Shown: positions 38,972 to 50,473 of the stretch, in pieces
Position numbering within the stretch: position 1 is the first letter of the stretch
How the letters are laid out: each line of letters starts with the position of its first letter
Notes under the pieces: generated by a model
What the model saw: the letters and a program-made list of their open reading frames with translations, nothing else
Databases searched by the model: none
What the model was told of the DNA's origin: nothing
Position numbers and translations under genes: made by a program
Source: Octopus vulgaris
Lineage: Eukaryota
NCBI GenBank assembly: GCA_951406725.2
Contig: OX597833.1
Coordinates: forward strand, 41,726,001-41,790,000
Direction of reading: 5' to 3'
Length of the DNA stretch: 64,000 nt

Positions 38972-40160
38972 TCATCATCATCATCATCATTGTTTAATGT
39001 CCGTTTTCCGCGCTAGCACGGGTTGGACGGTTCGACCGGAGTCTGGGAAGTCAGGGGCTGCACCAGGCTCCAGTCTGATCTGGCAGAGTTTCTACAGCCT
39101 GATGCCCTTCCTAATGCCAACCACTCCGCGAGTGTAGTGGGTGCTTTTTACGTGCCACCTGCACAGGTGCCAGAGGGGTCCGGCATTGGCCACGATTGGT
39201 TGGTGCTATTAACGTGCCCCCGGCACGGAAGCCAGCCAAGGCGGCGCTGGCATCGGCCACGTTCGGATGGTGCTTTTTATGTGCCACCGGCACGAGTATC
39301 ACAACTATTTCTATTGATATTTATTTCGATGTTCATGTACTTGACTCAACAGGTCTCCTCAAGCACAGCGGGATGTTCTGGAATCCAAGGTATTTTGAAT
39401 GGGCAGGGGCTATGCGGTACTGGTGCAGGAAGCAGCCAGGGTCTTTGCAGTCACAGCATATCTCCAGAGATCTCGGTCCTTCGCCATTGCCTCAGTGAGG
39501 CCCAACGCTCTGAAGTCATGCTTGACTACCTCATCCCATGTCTTCCTGGGTCTACCTCTCCCCCTGATACCTTCAACTGTTTGGGTGTGGCACTTCTTCA
39601 CACATCTCTCCTCATCCATCCGCAGTACATGACCATACCATTGCAAGCGTCGCTCTTGCACACCACATCTGATGCTTCTTATGTCCAGCATTTCTCTCAG
39701 GGTGCTTACCCTCTGTCGTGCGCACACACTGACATTACACATCCAGCGGATCATGCTAGCTTCATTCCTTTCAAGTCTACGCATGTCCTCTGCAGTCACA
39801 GCCCATGTTTCACTACCGTGAAGCATGGCAGTTCGCACACATGTGTCATACAATCTACCTTTCACTTTGAGTGAGAGACCCTTTGTCGCCAGTAGGGGTA
39901 GGAGCTTTCTGAACTTTGCCCAGGCTATTCGTATTCTAGTGGTGACACTCTCTGAGCATCCACCTCCACTACTAACTTGGTCACCCAGGTAGCGGAAACT
40001 ATCAACTACTTCTAGTTTCTCCTCCTGGAGTGTGATGGAATCTGTTTTCTGAGTATCTGTGGTGTCTATTGTCCCTGTGCATCTGCCGCACATGAAAGCT
40101 ATCTTATCAGTTAATTTCCCTTTGATGTTGCTGCACCTCTTATGCGTACATAGCTTACAC
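38972..40160 (-). mobile_element. 5'-truncated RTE-clade LINE: C-terminal 250 aa of the RT ORF (39410-40165) plus 3' UTR with (GAT)n tail
   Basis: LEVVDSFRYLG, RIRIAWAKF, KGRLYDTCVRTAMLHGSETW, RRLQWYGHVLRM and GRGRPRKTW motifs; uninterrupted frame. Confidence 0.92.
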
Positions 40161-40436
40161 TCCATAGCTTAAATGCTTAAATAAATAAGACAGACCAATT
40201 TGCATATACAATATATTATTAGCAACTACTTCTATTACTCTTTTTTCAGCCCTTAAGATAATGTATATGAAGAGGAAGTATTTACGTCTGTCTGTACACA
40301 GTCGTGTTGGCTAAAAATATATACATATTGAAAGGCAAGTTACTGCAGTATTCATCCAGAGATAACATCTCTTAGTACATACTGTATTTAAAAAACACAA
40401 TATATATTGGAAGGAGGTGAAAATTGTTCTAGCAGT

Positions 40437-40505
40437 GGCTTGTGAGAACACCACCAGATGCATTTTAGCCTAGTTAGGCCTTATCAGTGGTGTGTATTCA
40501 CAGCC
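40437..40505 (-). ncRNA. CpG-decayed minimal type I hammerhead motif with extended stem I
   Basis: Minus strand: ggctgtgaatacaCACCA CTGATAA GGCC taacta GGCT AAA ATGCAT C TGGTG gtgttctcacaagcc. Confidence 0.55.
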
Positions 40506-40753
40506 AGCTATATGCATAAATGAGATTTGCTGTCTCCTATATATATATATATATATATTGGGAACAATAAACAAAACATTCACTGGTATTGTGAATAGCT
40601 GCCAGGCTAAAAAAAAAAATGTGTTATGTGCAATAGCAGTATTAAATTAAAATAGGTATTTATTTATCTTATTTAATATAAATACATAATTCAAAGGCAA
40701 GTTACTGTGGTATTCCTTTCAGTAATGTATTTATGTTATATATAGATGGCTGT

Positions 40754-41086
40754 GAAGGCGCATGGCTCAGTGGTTAGGGTGTTGAGCTTGCGATCGTGAG
40801 GTTGTGAGTGCGAATCCCGGACCGGGCTGTGTGTTGTGCTATTGAGCAAGACACTTTATTTCACGTTACTCCAGTTCACTCAGCTGTAGAAATGAGTCGT
40901 GAGGTCACAGGTGCCAAGCTGTATCTGCTGTTGTCTTTCCCTTGGATAACACAGGTGGCGTGGAGAGGAGAGGCCGGTATGCATGGGCGACTGCTGGTCT
41001 TCCATAAACAACTTTGCCCGGACTTGTGCCTGGGAGGGTAACTTTCTAGGTGCAATCCCACGGTCAGTCATGACCAAAGGGGGTCT
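40754..41086 (+). mobile_element. tRNA/CORE-type SINE family delta, full length
   Basis: A box TGGCTCAGTGG and B-box-like GTGCGAATCCC; TSD atatagatggct. Confidence 0.88.
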
Positions 41087-42671
41087 TAATATAGATGGCT
41101 ATTTTAATTTGATATTGTTCCTATTACTATTACAGATTTCTATACATGTATTTTATAGTAGAGTATGGCTTTAGAACAAAACACTGTGTACCAGTTATTA
41201 ATAAGTTGCACTAACTGCAACAGTTATGTTCTACAGTTTGTTCTCAGTTTACATAGTAGGTTGTTCTGCGAATCACCTTGCAAACTGAAATTGTTTAGGT
41301 CGAGGTAGTTGCATAATTATTAATTATAAATAGTAAAATTTACACATTTATTCAAATGGAGATACTATATATGAATATTGTGTGTGTGTGTGTGTGTGTG
41401 TGTAAGAGTACTGTTGTAATATTAGTTTTTGTCATCTGTCCAAAATAGTAAAACTTCTTCCATTATTTCCATAAAGTTGCTACATTTGTATAATGTGTGT
41501 TTTAAGATTATTGAAGGGTCAGTGATTATATTAGCTATGCTATTTTTGAGTCCTTTCCATTTTGAAGTTAATTTCTGTGGAAATCAACTTCTTGACATTT
41601 GAAAAAAAATCTCTTAACAAAATATATAAAAAATATATTTCAGAAATGTACTTGACTGGCAGGTGATTTGATCTGAGACCATGTTTTAAAGCTAAATCAG
41701 TTACAGCATTGAAGACATATTAGCCATTCAAAAACACACAAGACTTCACTTTGTTTAAACATTTATTATTTGTCAAAATTTTCATACTAACTGATCATCA
41801 TCAAGATCTCTTAACTGATGCTGGTTGCCACTCTAGATGCTTTCTTAGTCAACTATCACCACTTGTCTCTGTTCTGTCATGTGTAGCAGGTTTACTGTGT
41901 TGTGACCTGTCCAGTCCTTAACCCTTTAGCATTCAGATTATTCTGTCAAATATAATATTTATTCATCCATATTGTTTTAAGCTAATCATGCATTATTTCG
42001 TAGCTTTAAGATTTCGATGATGTTATCACTTGTTTTAGATTGATATTATAGGTTGGTGTGAGATACCAAATCTGGGCAGTTTTAACAGAAAACAGGGAGA
42101 TTATTTGGACCAGATATGGCCAGTTTAAACACTAAAGGGTTAATGTCAAACTAGGATTTTCTCTGTCTGCCTCTCTTTCACCCTCCCTCAACTGTGCCTG
42201 GAAGAATGGCTTTGGACAGGGAGTTGTGGCAGGATACATGACCGCATCAGGCAAGCCTTCATCTGTTTACCTACAGAAGCTTAAAATGTATAATTCTATC
42301 GCAAGTGTTAATTTAGGGTGTGAACTAACTCACTATTGAAGAAGTGAAATGGAAGGAAAGTAAAAAAATTTAATAGCATAAAATTAAATGGTGTTTCTGT
42401 ATAGGTGGAGTTTAACCCCCCAGCCCCAAATTACATTGCTAAAGCAAAATTATACAAAGTAGCATGCCAACTGAGGATAACTGTGTACATGCAATTTGGT
42501 CCCCTTTAGTGGTAGTGAGTTTATAAACAGTATCGTTGTGTACACTGTTAAAGAGGGTATTTCGTCACTCGGGAAATCCAAATGCAAGATTGAAATTAGT
42601 CCAGCTCATCCCTCTTTTTCTGTTTGCAAAGAAGTGTCTAAGGACACAGTGTTTACGTCTGTCTATACATA

Positions 42672-43087
42672 CAATGTCTTATGAAGAAAGGCTGAAGACG
42701 CTTGACCTTTATTCTCTGGAAAAATGATGACTCTCCGTGGTGATCTCATTCTTGCTCACAGCATCATAAGCGGAAAGTGTAACCCCTCGAAAGAGCTGTT
42801 CTTCACTCCTGCTCCGAAGCGTCAGCTGCGGGGTCACTCCGAAAAGCTCTATCTGCGACGATTTCATCTCAATCAAAGGAGAGGGGCTTTCTCCATCTTG
42901 GTTGCGGATCCGTGGAATAAGCTGCCGGACGAGATAGTGAAGATGCCGACGACCGCTCGGTTCAAAGTCTCTCTTGGCCAGAAATGGCTTGAACTCTTTG
43001 CATGAACACCACCCTGTGCATAACTCCATGTCCCCCTACATGGCCTTGCTTTTTGCTTTTTGAACCCAAAAATTAACTTAACTAAAA
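42672..43087 (+). mobile_element. CR1 LINE 3' end (family 2)
   Basis: SYEERLKTLDLYSLEK..LRGDLI...LRGHSEKL...VADPWNKLP; (TAAC)-like tail. Confidence 0.87.
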
Positions 43088-43120
43088 TTTAAATTCTGTA
43101 GTTCTGTATAGCATTAGTTG

Positions 43121-43413
43121 TTTGTTCCTTCTCGAGCCATGTCTGGCTCATAAGGACCGGTTTCCTGGTTCCTTGGTGTATAGGTTCCCCACCTGGACGG
43201 GATGCTGGTCCATCGCAGGTGAGTTGCAAGATGCAGGAGGAAAGAGTGAGAGAAAGTTGTGGCGAAAGAGTCAGCAGAAGTTTCACCATTACCTTCTGCC
43301 GGAGCCGCGTGGAGCTTAGGTGTTTCGCTCATAAACACACATCATCCGGTCTGAGATTCGAACCCTCGACCGCGAGTCCGCTGCTCTAACTACTAGGCCA
43401 TGTGTCTCCACAC
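43121..43413 (-). mobile_element. SINE gamma relative with a V-domain-like segment
   Basis: TSD atagcattagttgt; tRNA head GGTTCGAATCTC; contains CCTGCGATGGACCAGCATCCCGTCCAGG. Confidence 0.8.
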
Positions 43414-44259
43414 AATAGCATTAGTTGTCTATCTATCCACTAGGCAGGCAGGCAAGAAAACCTTTATAAGACATTACGTTCTGAGTTCAAATTCTGCCAA
43501 GGTCAACTTTGCCTTTCATCCTTTTGGGGTTGATTAAATAAGTACCAGTTAATCACTGGGGTTGATGTAATCAACTTAATCCCCTTGTCTGTCCTTGTTT
43601 ATCCCCTCTATGTTTAGCCCCCTGTGAGCAATAAAGAAATAAATATAATTCTTAGCAATCAGTCCTATAACTTAGAAAATAATTGTCTTTTACCCTAATC
43701 TAGTAGATCTATGATCAAAGGCATTCCAGTTATATATCTCCTATTTCTCCCCACCCAGGCAGTATGCTCTGAACTTCGTTGTCTAACATGTCCCTTTTAA
43801 AGAGAGTGTATGGTTTGAGGGAATTACAGGTCAAGCTACCACACAGAAACATGTTTCTGGTTGCAGGTTTAGCTGGATGGGGGTGCTTGTCTCCCCTTTG
43901 TAAACATAAGGACACAGGAAATGTGTCAAGGCCGACAGGAAGCGTTGATGCTTCCTAGGGTTAAATAGCGGTAGTGTGATTCACTTTATGGGACTGTCAC
44001 GTTAAGTTGACAGTATACAACTGTCCTATCGTTCCACCACTGCTTATATCTCTCTGAGATATTTAGAAATTTAATATTTCTATAAATACATTTTGATTAT
44101 TTCACTAAAATTCTCTAACCTATTTGTAACCATATTTCTAATGAAATACGCTGTGTTACTATAAATTTGAAATCATCAAAAATTTGGAGAGATTTAAGTA
44201 AAATAAGTAATATTCACTATTTTAAGATTATTGAAAATTTTAATTTAAAGATGAACATT

Positions 44260-44610
44260 TTAATCCTTTAGCATTTAAACTGGCCATATACATCCTACAA
44301 TATCATTCTAAAAATAAACTATCACATCATTGAAATCTTGAAGGTATGAAATAATGTATGATTAATCCTTTAACATTCAGATTATTTTATTGAATGATGC
44401 TTATTTATTCACCTTAATCATGCATTCTTGTAGCTTTGAGATTTCAATGATATGATGGTTTATTTTTAGAATGACATTATAGGGTAGGTGTGAGAGGCCA
44501 CTCTGGTTGCTTTGAACATAAAACAGAATATTTGGGCTGGATGTGACCAGTTTAAATGTTAAAGGGTTAATTCAAAACAATTTGAATAAATAAACATTAC
44601 ATTTGCCAGA
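44260..44610. mobile_element. Nested MITE B: a + copy (44362-44570) inserted at a TTAA inside a - copy
   Basis: TTAA duplicated at 44362-44365 and 44567-44570; the host sequence atgaTTAA|ttcaaaacaat resumes. Confidence 0.85.
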
Positions 44611-44719
44611 GGAGGTTTCTGAGATAGGAGTATGAAAAAGATTAAACTCAACTCATAAATTCCAGTTTCAGAATTTTACTACAATGCATAGCATAACTGG
44701 TGGGTATTCTTATAAAACA

Positions 44720-45338
44720 TTAACCTTTTTGTTACCATATTTCTGTTGAGATGTTCTGTGTTTCTTTCAATTAATTTTAAATATAGCACACACACACATA
44801 CAATGATCCCAGTAGAGAGCTTCTGTGTAATTGCTTGACCTGTAATTCCCTCAAACCATATACTCTCTTTAAAAGGGACATGTTAGACAATGAAGTTCAG
44901 AGTATACTACCTGGGTGGGGAGAAATAGGAGATATATAACTGGAATGCCATTGATCTACTAGATTAGGGCAAAAGACAATTATTTTCTAAGTCATAGGAC
45001 TGATTGCTAAGAAACTAGTAAAATAACTTAGTTATCGTTAAAAGGGACATGTTAGACAATGAAGTTCAGAGTATACTACCTGGGTGGGGAGAAATAGGAG
45101 ATATATAACTGGAATGCCCTTGATCTACTAGATTAGGGCAAAAGACAATTATTTTCTAAGTCATAGGACTGATTGCTAAGAAACTAGTAAAATAACTTAG
45201 TTATCGTTAAGCTAGTGTTAGGAACATAAATTGTGACTAAGGTTTGGTGGAAGATTTTAATTCAGAACATTTGAAAACAAGACATTTGTACTGCAGAGCC
45301 AGAGGCAGTTTCAGTCAAGTTGGTATCAAAAGGGTTAA
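44720..45338 (+). mobile_element. MITE A interrupted by an inverted local copy and a 169-bp tandem duplication
   Basis: TTAA ends; insert 44821-45013 is the reverse complement of 43649-43848; 44869-45037 is repeated at 45038-45206. Confidence 0.8.
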
Positions 45339-46649
45339 CAATTATTTGTTTTAGTAATAGGTGCAGGTGTGGCTGTGTGGTAAGAAATTTGCTTCCTAAC
45401 CACATGGTTCTTGGTTTAGTCCCACTGTGTGGCACCTTGGGGAGGTGTATTTTACTGTAGCCTCAGGCTAATCAAAGCCTTGTGAGCAGATTGGTAGGCA
45501 GAAACTAAAAGAAACCCAATATATATGTGTGTATGTGTTTGTCTCCCACCACTGCTTGACAACTGGTGTTGGTGTGTTTATATCCCTGTAACTTAGTGGT
45601 TCGGCAAAAGAGACTGATAAGTACCAGGCTTTACAAAAAATGATAAATACTGGGGTCGATAAATTCCATTAAAATTCTTGGTGTCCCAGCATGGCTAATG
45701 ACTGAAACAACTGAAAGACAAGATAAATTAGCTGTTTTGATGTAGTTTGGTTAATAATTACACTAATAGACACTATTAAAGGCGGAACCAAACCTTTGTC
45801 TTTAACTACAAGAAGTTAGTTTTATCATTTGGTTGTTCTTCACAGCCTTTAGGTTTTTATTATTGTCAAAGAATGGATAATGTTTATTTTTGTATAAAGA
45901 CTGCCAATAGCTCTGCCTTGTTTTCTAATTTCTGTCAATTATATCAGGATGGATGTCTGGTAGGGCTTGTAAAGGTCATGATTGCTGTCTCTATCTCTGA
46001 ATCTGTAATAGTAAAAAGTAGAAAAAAAGATGGGCCTTGTTATTAAAATGAGGTTATTTTAAGTTCACATTTGAAAGTCAGCTTAATGATTATTTTTGAT
46101 GTTAGGAGCATAAACTGTCCTGAATTAATGTTACGTTTGTCTATGAAAGGTTATAATGATGCTAGGAGTCCCCCACCCCACCCCGTTTTCCTTTTTAGGA
46201 AGAACCCTTTCATATAGCGTGCTTGTTTCTGATTAGCTTTCAAGTTTTTAAAACATTTACAAATCTTCTAGTAAATAGAATATTGTTTGACAAAGCTTTT
46301 GTCATCTCTAAATTCCTACGTTTCTTTGATTTGATAATTTGTATTAACCGACAAATGGCTGCTAAATTATGGTGTTTTACATATTCAAACAAGATGAGAC
46401 ACTTTTTGCATCTGTATGCTTGATTGTTAAAAGATTCTACTTATCCTTTACAATTAAGTAAGCAGTAAGAAGAGTATCCAGATGGGACAAGGATAAAAAA
46501 ACAAAAACAAAAAAAAACATTTGCTTTATAGACATGTCCATATTTGCAAACTTTAACTGTGTACAATGCATTTCCAATCTTTTGAAATAAACCTCTGATG
46601 TTGTATTTTCCTTTTGTCTAATTTCTGTATTTTTTTTATTTTTCCTCAG

Positions 46650-46758
46650 AAATTAAAGAAAGCTGAAGATTTATCAGTTATTGATAACCGGCTAACTACA
46701 TTAGAAGCACGGAAACCAGAAAATCGCAACAAAAATCGATATAGAGATGTAAATCCAT
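46650..46758 (+). CDS. PTPN1: Non-receptor tyrosine phosphatase PTPN1/PTPN2-like, internal coding exon (equivalent to PTPN1 exon 2)
   Basis: Polypyrimidine tract + cag acceptor, gtgagt donor. Translates KLKKAEDLSVIDNRLTTLEARKPENRNKNRYRDVNP(Y), including the PTP pTyr-recognition motif KNRYRDV. 109 nt, phase 0 to 1. The symbol denotes a PTPN1/PTPN2 co-orthologue. Confidence 0.93.
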
Positions 46759-47140
46759 GTGAGTCTTAAAACATTACAGTATGAAATTATTGAATGGTTT
46801 TCTTTAGCTGTATTTTTACAAATCATTAGCAGTCAAAGTAACCAGCAAAAAAGGACAGAGACTGTGTAAAGATAATGTTGTTTGTTTGGACAGGTGCAGC
46901 ACACTCACTCTCCACTTGACAAATCACACAAGAGATTAATCTATTTCTCTTATAGTAGTGAAAAAAATGATGAAACTATCAACTTATAATATCATTAGTA
47001 TTGTAAACACTAAAAAGTTAAAACTTTGAAAAACTACATTACTCTGTGCGAGTCATCATCATTGCTTAACGTCCATCCTCCAGCATGGAACGCTGGCATG
47101 AGTTGGATGGTAGTTGGATGGTATGACAGGATATTTTAAG

Positions 47141-47369
47141 GTGGCTAGCTGGCAGAAACGTTAGCACGCTGGGCAAAATACTTAGTGGTATTTCGTCTCC
47201 CGTTATGTTGTGAGTTCAAATTCCGCCGAGGTCGACTTTGCCTTTCATCCTTTCGGGGTCGATAAATTAAGTACCAGTTACACACTGGGGTCGATGTAAT
47301 CGACTTAATACCTATGTCTGTCCTTGTTTGTCCCCTCTGTGTTTAGCCCCTTGTGGGTAATAAAGAAAT
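47141..47369 (+). mobile_element. SINE beta nested in an RTE tail
   Basis: 15-bp TSD ggtatgacaggatat. Confidence 0.87.
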
Positions 47370-49083
47370 AGGTATGACAGGATATGAAGAGCCAGAGGAC
47401 TTCATTGAGTTCTGCTTTGGTGTGGTTTCTATGGCTGGATGCCTTTCCTAAGGCCACATTACTATTGCCACCCCCACTCATCATCACAGATATAGACCAT
47501 TTTCTGCAGCAAATTCAAAACAGCAAAATTTCACAAATAAAACAACCAAATAAAAAAACCCTTTATTTATTTATTTTTTTTACATCCATTGCTCCATTTT
47601 GGTCACCCCTTTATTGCCCCATTTTTCTTCAATGACCCCCACACACACACACACACACACCGCAATCTTTCCACCACTCCCAGAAGAGTGGTACCGCCCA
47701 CTTTGGGAACCACTGTTTTAGAATCTAACAACCTTAGTCTTAGTCCTTCCCGCTCTCCAAGGAACATCAGGAACTGAAGCTAACAATAGTTATGTAATTA
47801 TTTTGAATCCAGGGTTGTTGAGTTAGTATGCAAAACTTTTTGCCTCTGACTCCAACTCCAACCCTTTCAATTTGTAATCAGATTAATCATCTTTTTCTTA
47901 TATGGATTGTAAGATATAAAGTATAAAAATGCTATAAAAGAATGTTAAGAACATGATTGTTTACCATTTGGAAAATATAAAGTACATCAGAGTGAAAGCT
48001 AAAAGACTTAATGACGAAGTAATTTGACAAATGGCTATTTTAAAAGAAATAAACTCAGATATGTAGCCTTTCCTTTTCGAAATTAAAGCATTGTTTGAAT
48101 ATAAAGTTTAAATGAATGTAACAAGAAGATTGCATCTGAAGTGAAATCCTGCAATTCCCATGTACCCCAGAGCTTGTAGTCCTGCTGCACACTGGATGGT
48201 GACCTCAATGGTGCAGTTGATACCACATAAAGGCATCCAGTCCATGCTGTAAAGTGGTTGGTCTTTGGAAGAGCATCCAGCCATAAAAAACATGTCAAAG
48301 CAGACATTGGAGCTCAATGCAGACCTTGGACACATTAGTCCCTATCAAACTATCCAACCCATGCCAGCATGGAACATGGATGTTAATTGACGAGATGATG
48401 ATGATTGAAAATTTTATCCCTACGTAATTTATTAAAGAAATATTGTATTTTGTAGTTATTGAAAGTTTAAAAAAAACAAATTTCTAATATTGTTTTCTGA
48501 GAAACAGAATTCTTAGTGTTTATTACTCCTGTGTTTCTGCCATGAGGTTTATTTTCTCTTTTATTCTTCCTGTGATTCTACTGCCCCTCTTATGTGCTCA
48601 TGGTTTGCACTGGGTCAGCATAGTTATGTTGATGTGCATGTACTCTCTATATCAATACCTCATCATAACTAATCACAAATGCTAAAACATCCTGCTGTAT
48701 TGCAAAATGGTTAGCAATTGAGTGGGTGGGCATCTAGCTGTCAAAAAACTATGCCAAAAGAAAATCACTTACACAACTACTGCATTCTATATAAATACAT
48801 TTATATGGACACTGTCTCTGCTGTATAAATACCCTAGTCTAAATAAGTACATTAACACCTCTAACACCATTGATATTATGAAAGCTTACAGGTTAAATTG
48901 AAATCTAAATTGCTAGAACTTCCTGTGAAAAAGGAAATAGTTTGTATCATTTGACACAACTGATTTCACATCTATTAATGTTTCATTCTGATATTACTTC
49001 CTCTTTGCAGACCACCAGGGCAGTAAACAAATAACAACACAATTCTTTCAAGTCCTAGCTTTATCATAAGCATAATATCTATC

Positions 49084-49333
49084 TTCTATTGTGTCTGGGG
49101 AGAGTCATTTTCTTTTTGTACCTTATAATTTAACACACTCACCAGTAAAATTTCCACTTATTTCTTATTTTTATTTTCCTAAAATTTTCGTTGCGTCTTG
49201 CAACCTTTTCAATAGTCAAGACTATTGAAAATTTTAGGAAAATTAAAATAAGAAATATGTGGAAATTTTACCGGTGAGTGTGTTACATTATAAGGCACAA
49301 AAAGAAAATGACTCTCCCCAGACACAACAGAAT
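49084..49333. mobile_element. Palindromic (head-to-head) pLTR-like element, family U, with a U3:A8 hammerhead-like motif
   Basis: Arms 49084-49217/49220-49333 centred on AATAGTC-aa-GACTATT; a decayed single copy lies at about 33320-33450. Confidence 0.65.
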
Positions 49334-50020
49334 ATGCTTCAACACACGAACTCATATAAAGAATCTTGCAAGCCAAATCCAAAAACGAAATATCTATCTT
49401 GCTATTTAGGAATGTATTTTGTGCAGTATGTTTAATAAAAGACAATCTGACATCTTAATTGACAAAATTTTGTCCATTGCCAAATATTTACAGAATTTAA
49501 TTATCTGATATTTTATGTTTGTTTTTCCTGAATTGAAAAAAAAATAATTAAAAAAAAGAACTCTTTAATTTCCCTCTATTTGGATGTTTCCCGCCTGTAT
49601 CAGTTGTATTCAGTTTCCTCTGTTTGTTGTATTGTTTTCTGCATTAGTTTAAATAAGGACATTTTTTTAGAATCTAACAACCTTAGCCTTGGTCTCTCCC
49701 ACTCTCCATAGAACATCAGGTAACTGAAGCTAACAATAGTTATGTAATTATTGGTTAGCACATTTGAAACCAGGGTTGTTGAGTTAGTACACAAAACTTT
49801 TTGACTCTGACTCCAACCCACCAATTTATGGTGCCTCCAACTCTGATTACAACTCTTCAATTTGTAATCAGTATTAATCATCTATTTCTTATATGGATTG
49901 AAAGCACATACCATACAAGGCTAAAGTGAATTATTGGGTTACATTTAGCACCCTAACCTGTTAAAGTTTAGTTTTAAAGATTATAGCAAAGATGTGGCTT
50001 TTTAATATTATTTATAATTT

Positions 50021-50153
50021 ATTTAATTTGTCAAAATATTTTCGTCACTTTGAAACTGTGACCTGTTCACTGACAAAATTCCGTGCTGCACGGAATTTTG
50101 TCAGTGAACAGGTCGCGGTCTCGAAGCAACGAAAATATTTTGACAAATTAAAT
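50021..50153. mobile_element. Family S fold-back palindrome with two head-to-head G3:C8 hammerhead motifs
   Basis: 66-bp arms centred at 50087; motifs at 50027-50077(-) and 50097-50147(+). Confidence 0.75.
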
Positions 50154-50473
50154 TTAAATGTTATAATTTGTTCTTATTTATTTAAGGCGGATCTGGTAGA
50201 ATTGTTAGCATGCCAGGCAAAATGCTTAGCAGCATATTATCTGTTTTTGGTTGACTTTGCCTTACATTCTTTTGGGGTTGAAAAAATAAACACCAGTTGA
50301 GCACTGGGGCCAATGTAATCAATTTGTCACTTCCGCGAAACTGCTGGCCTTGTGCCAAAATTTGAAACAAATATTATTTATTAAAGAAGTTATAAACAAT
50401 TGAGCATAAGAGAAAACTATCAAAGAAACAAAAAAAAAAAAAAGACTTTTGTAAATCTTATAAAATAAAGTCT

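Noticed and set aside
39023-39874. 283-aa + strand ORF
   Set aside because: It is the antisense frame of the RTE LINE and its UTR.
43935-44010. Short words reminiscent of pistol/twister ribozymes (AAGCGTTGAT, TTAAATAG) in family P
   Set aside because: Order and pairing do not fit either fold; these are simple hairpins only.
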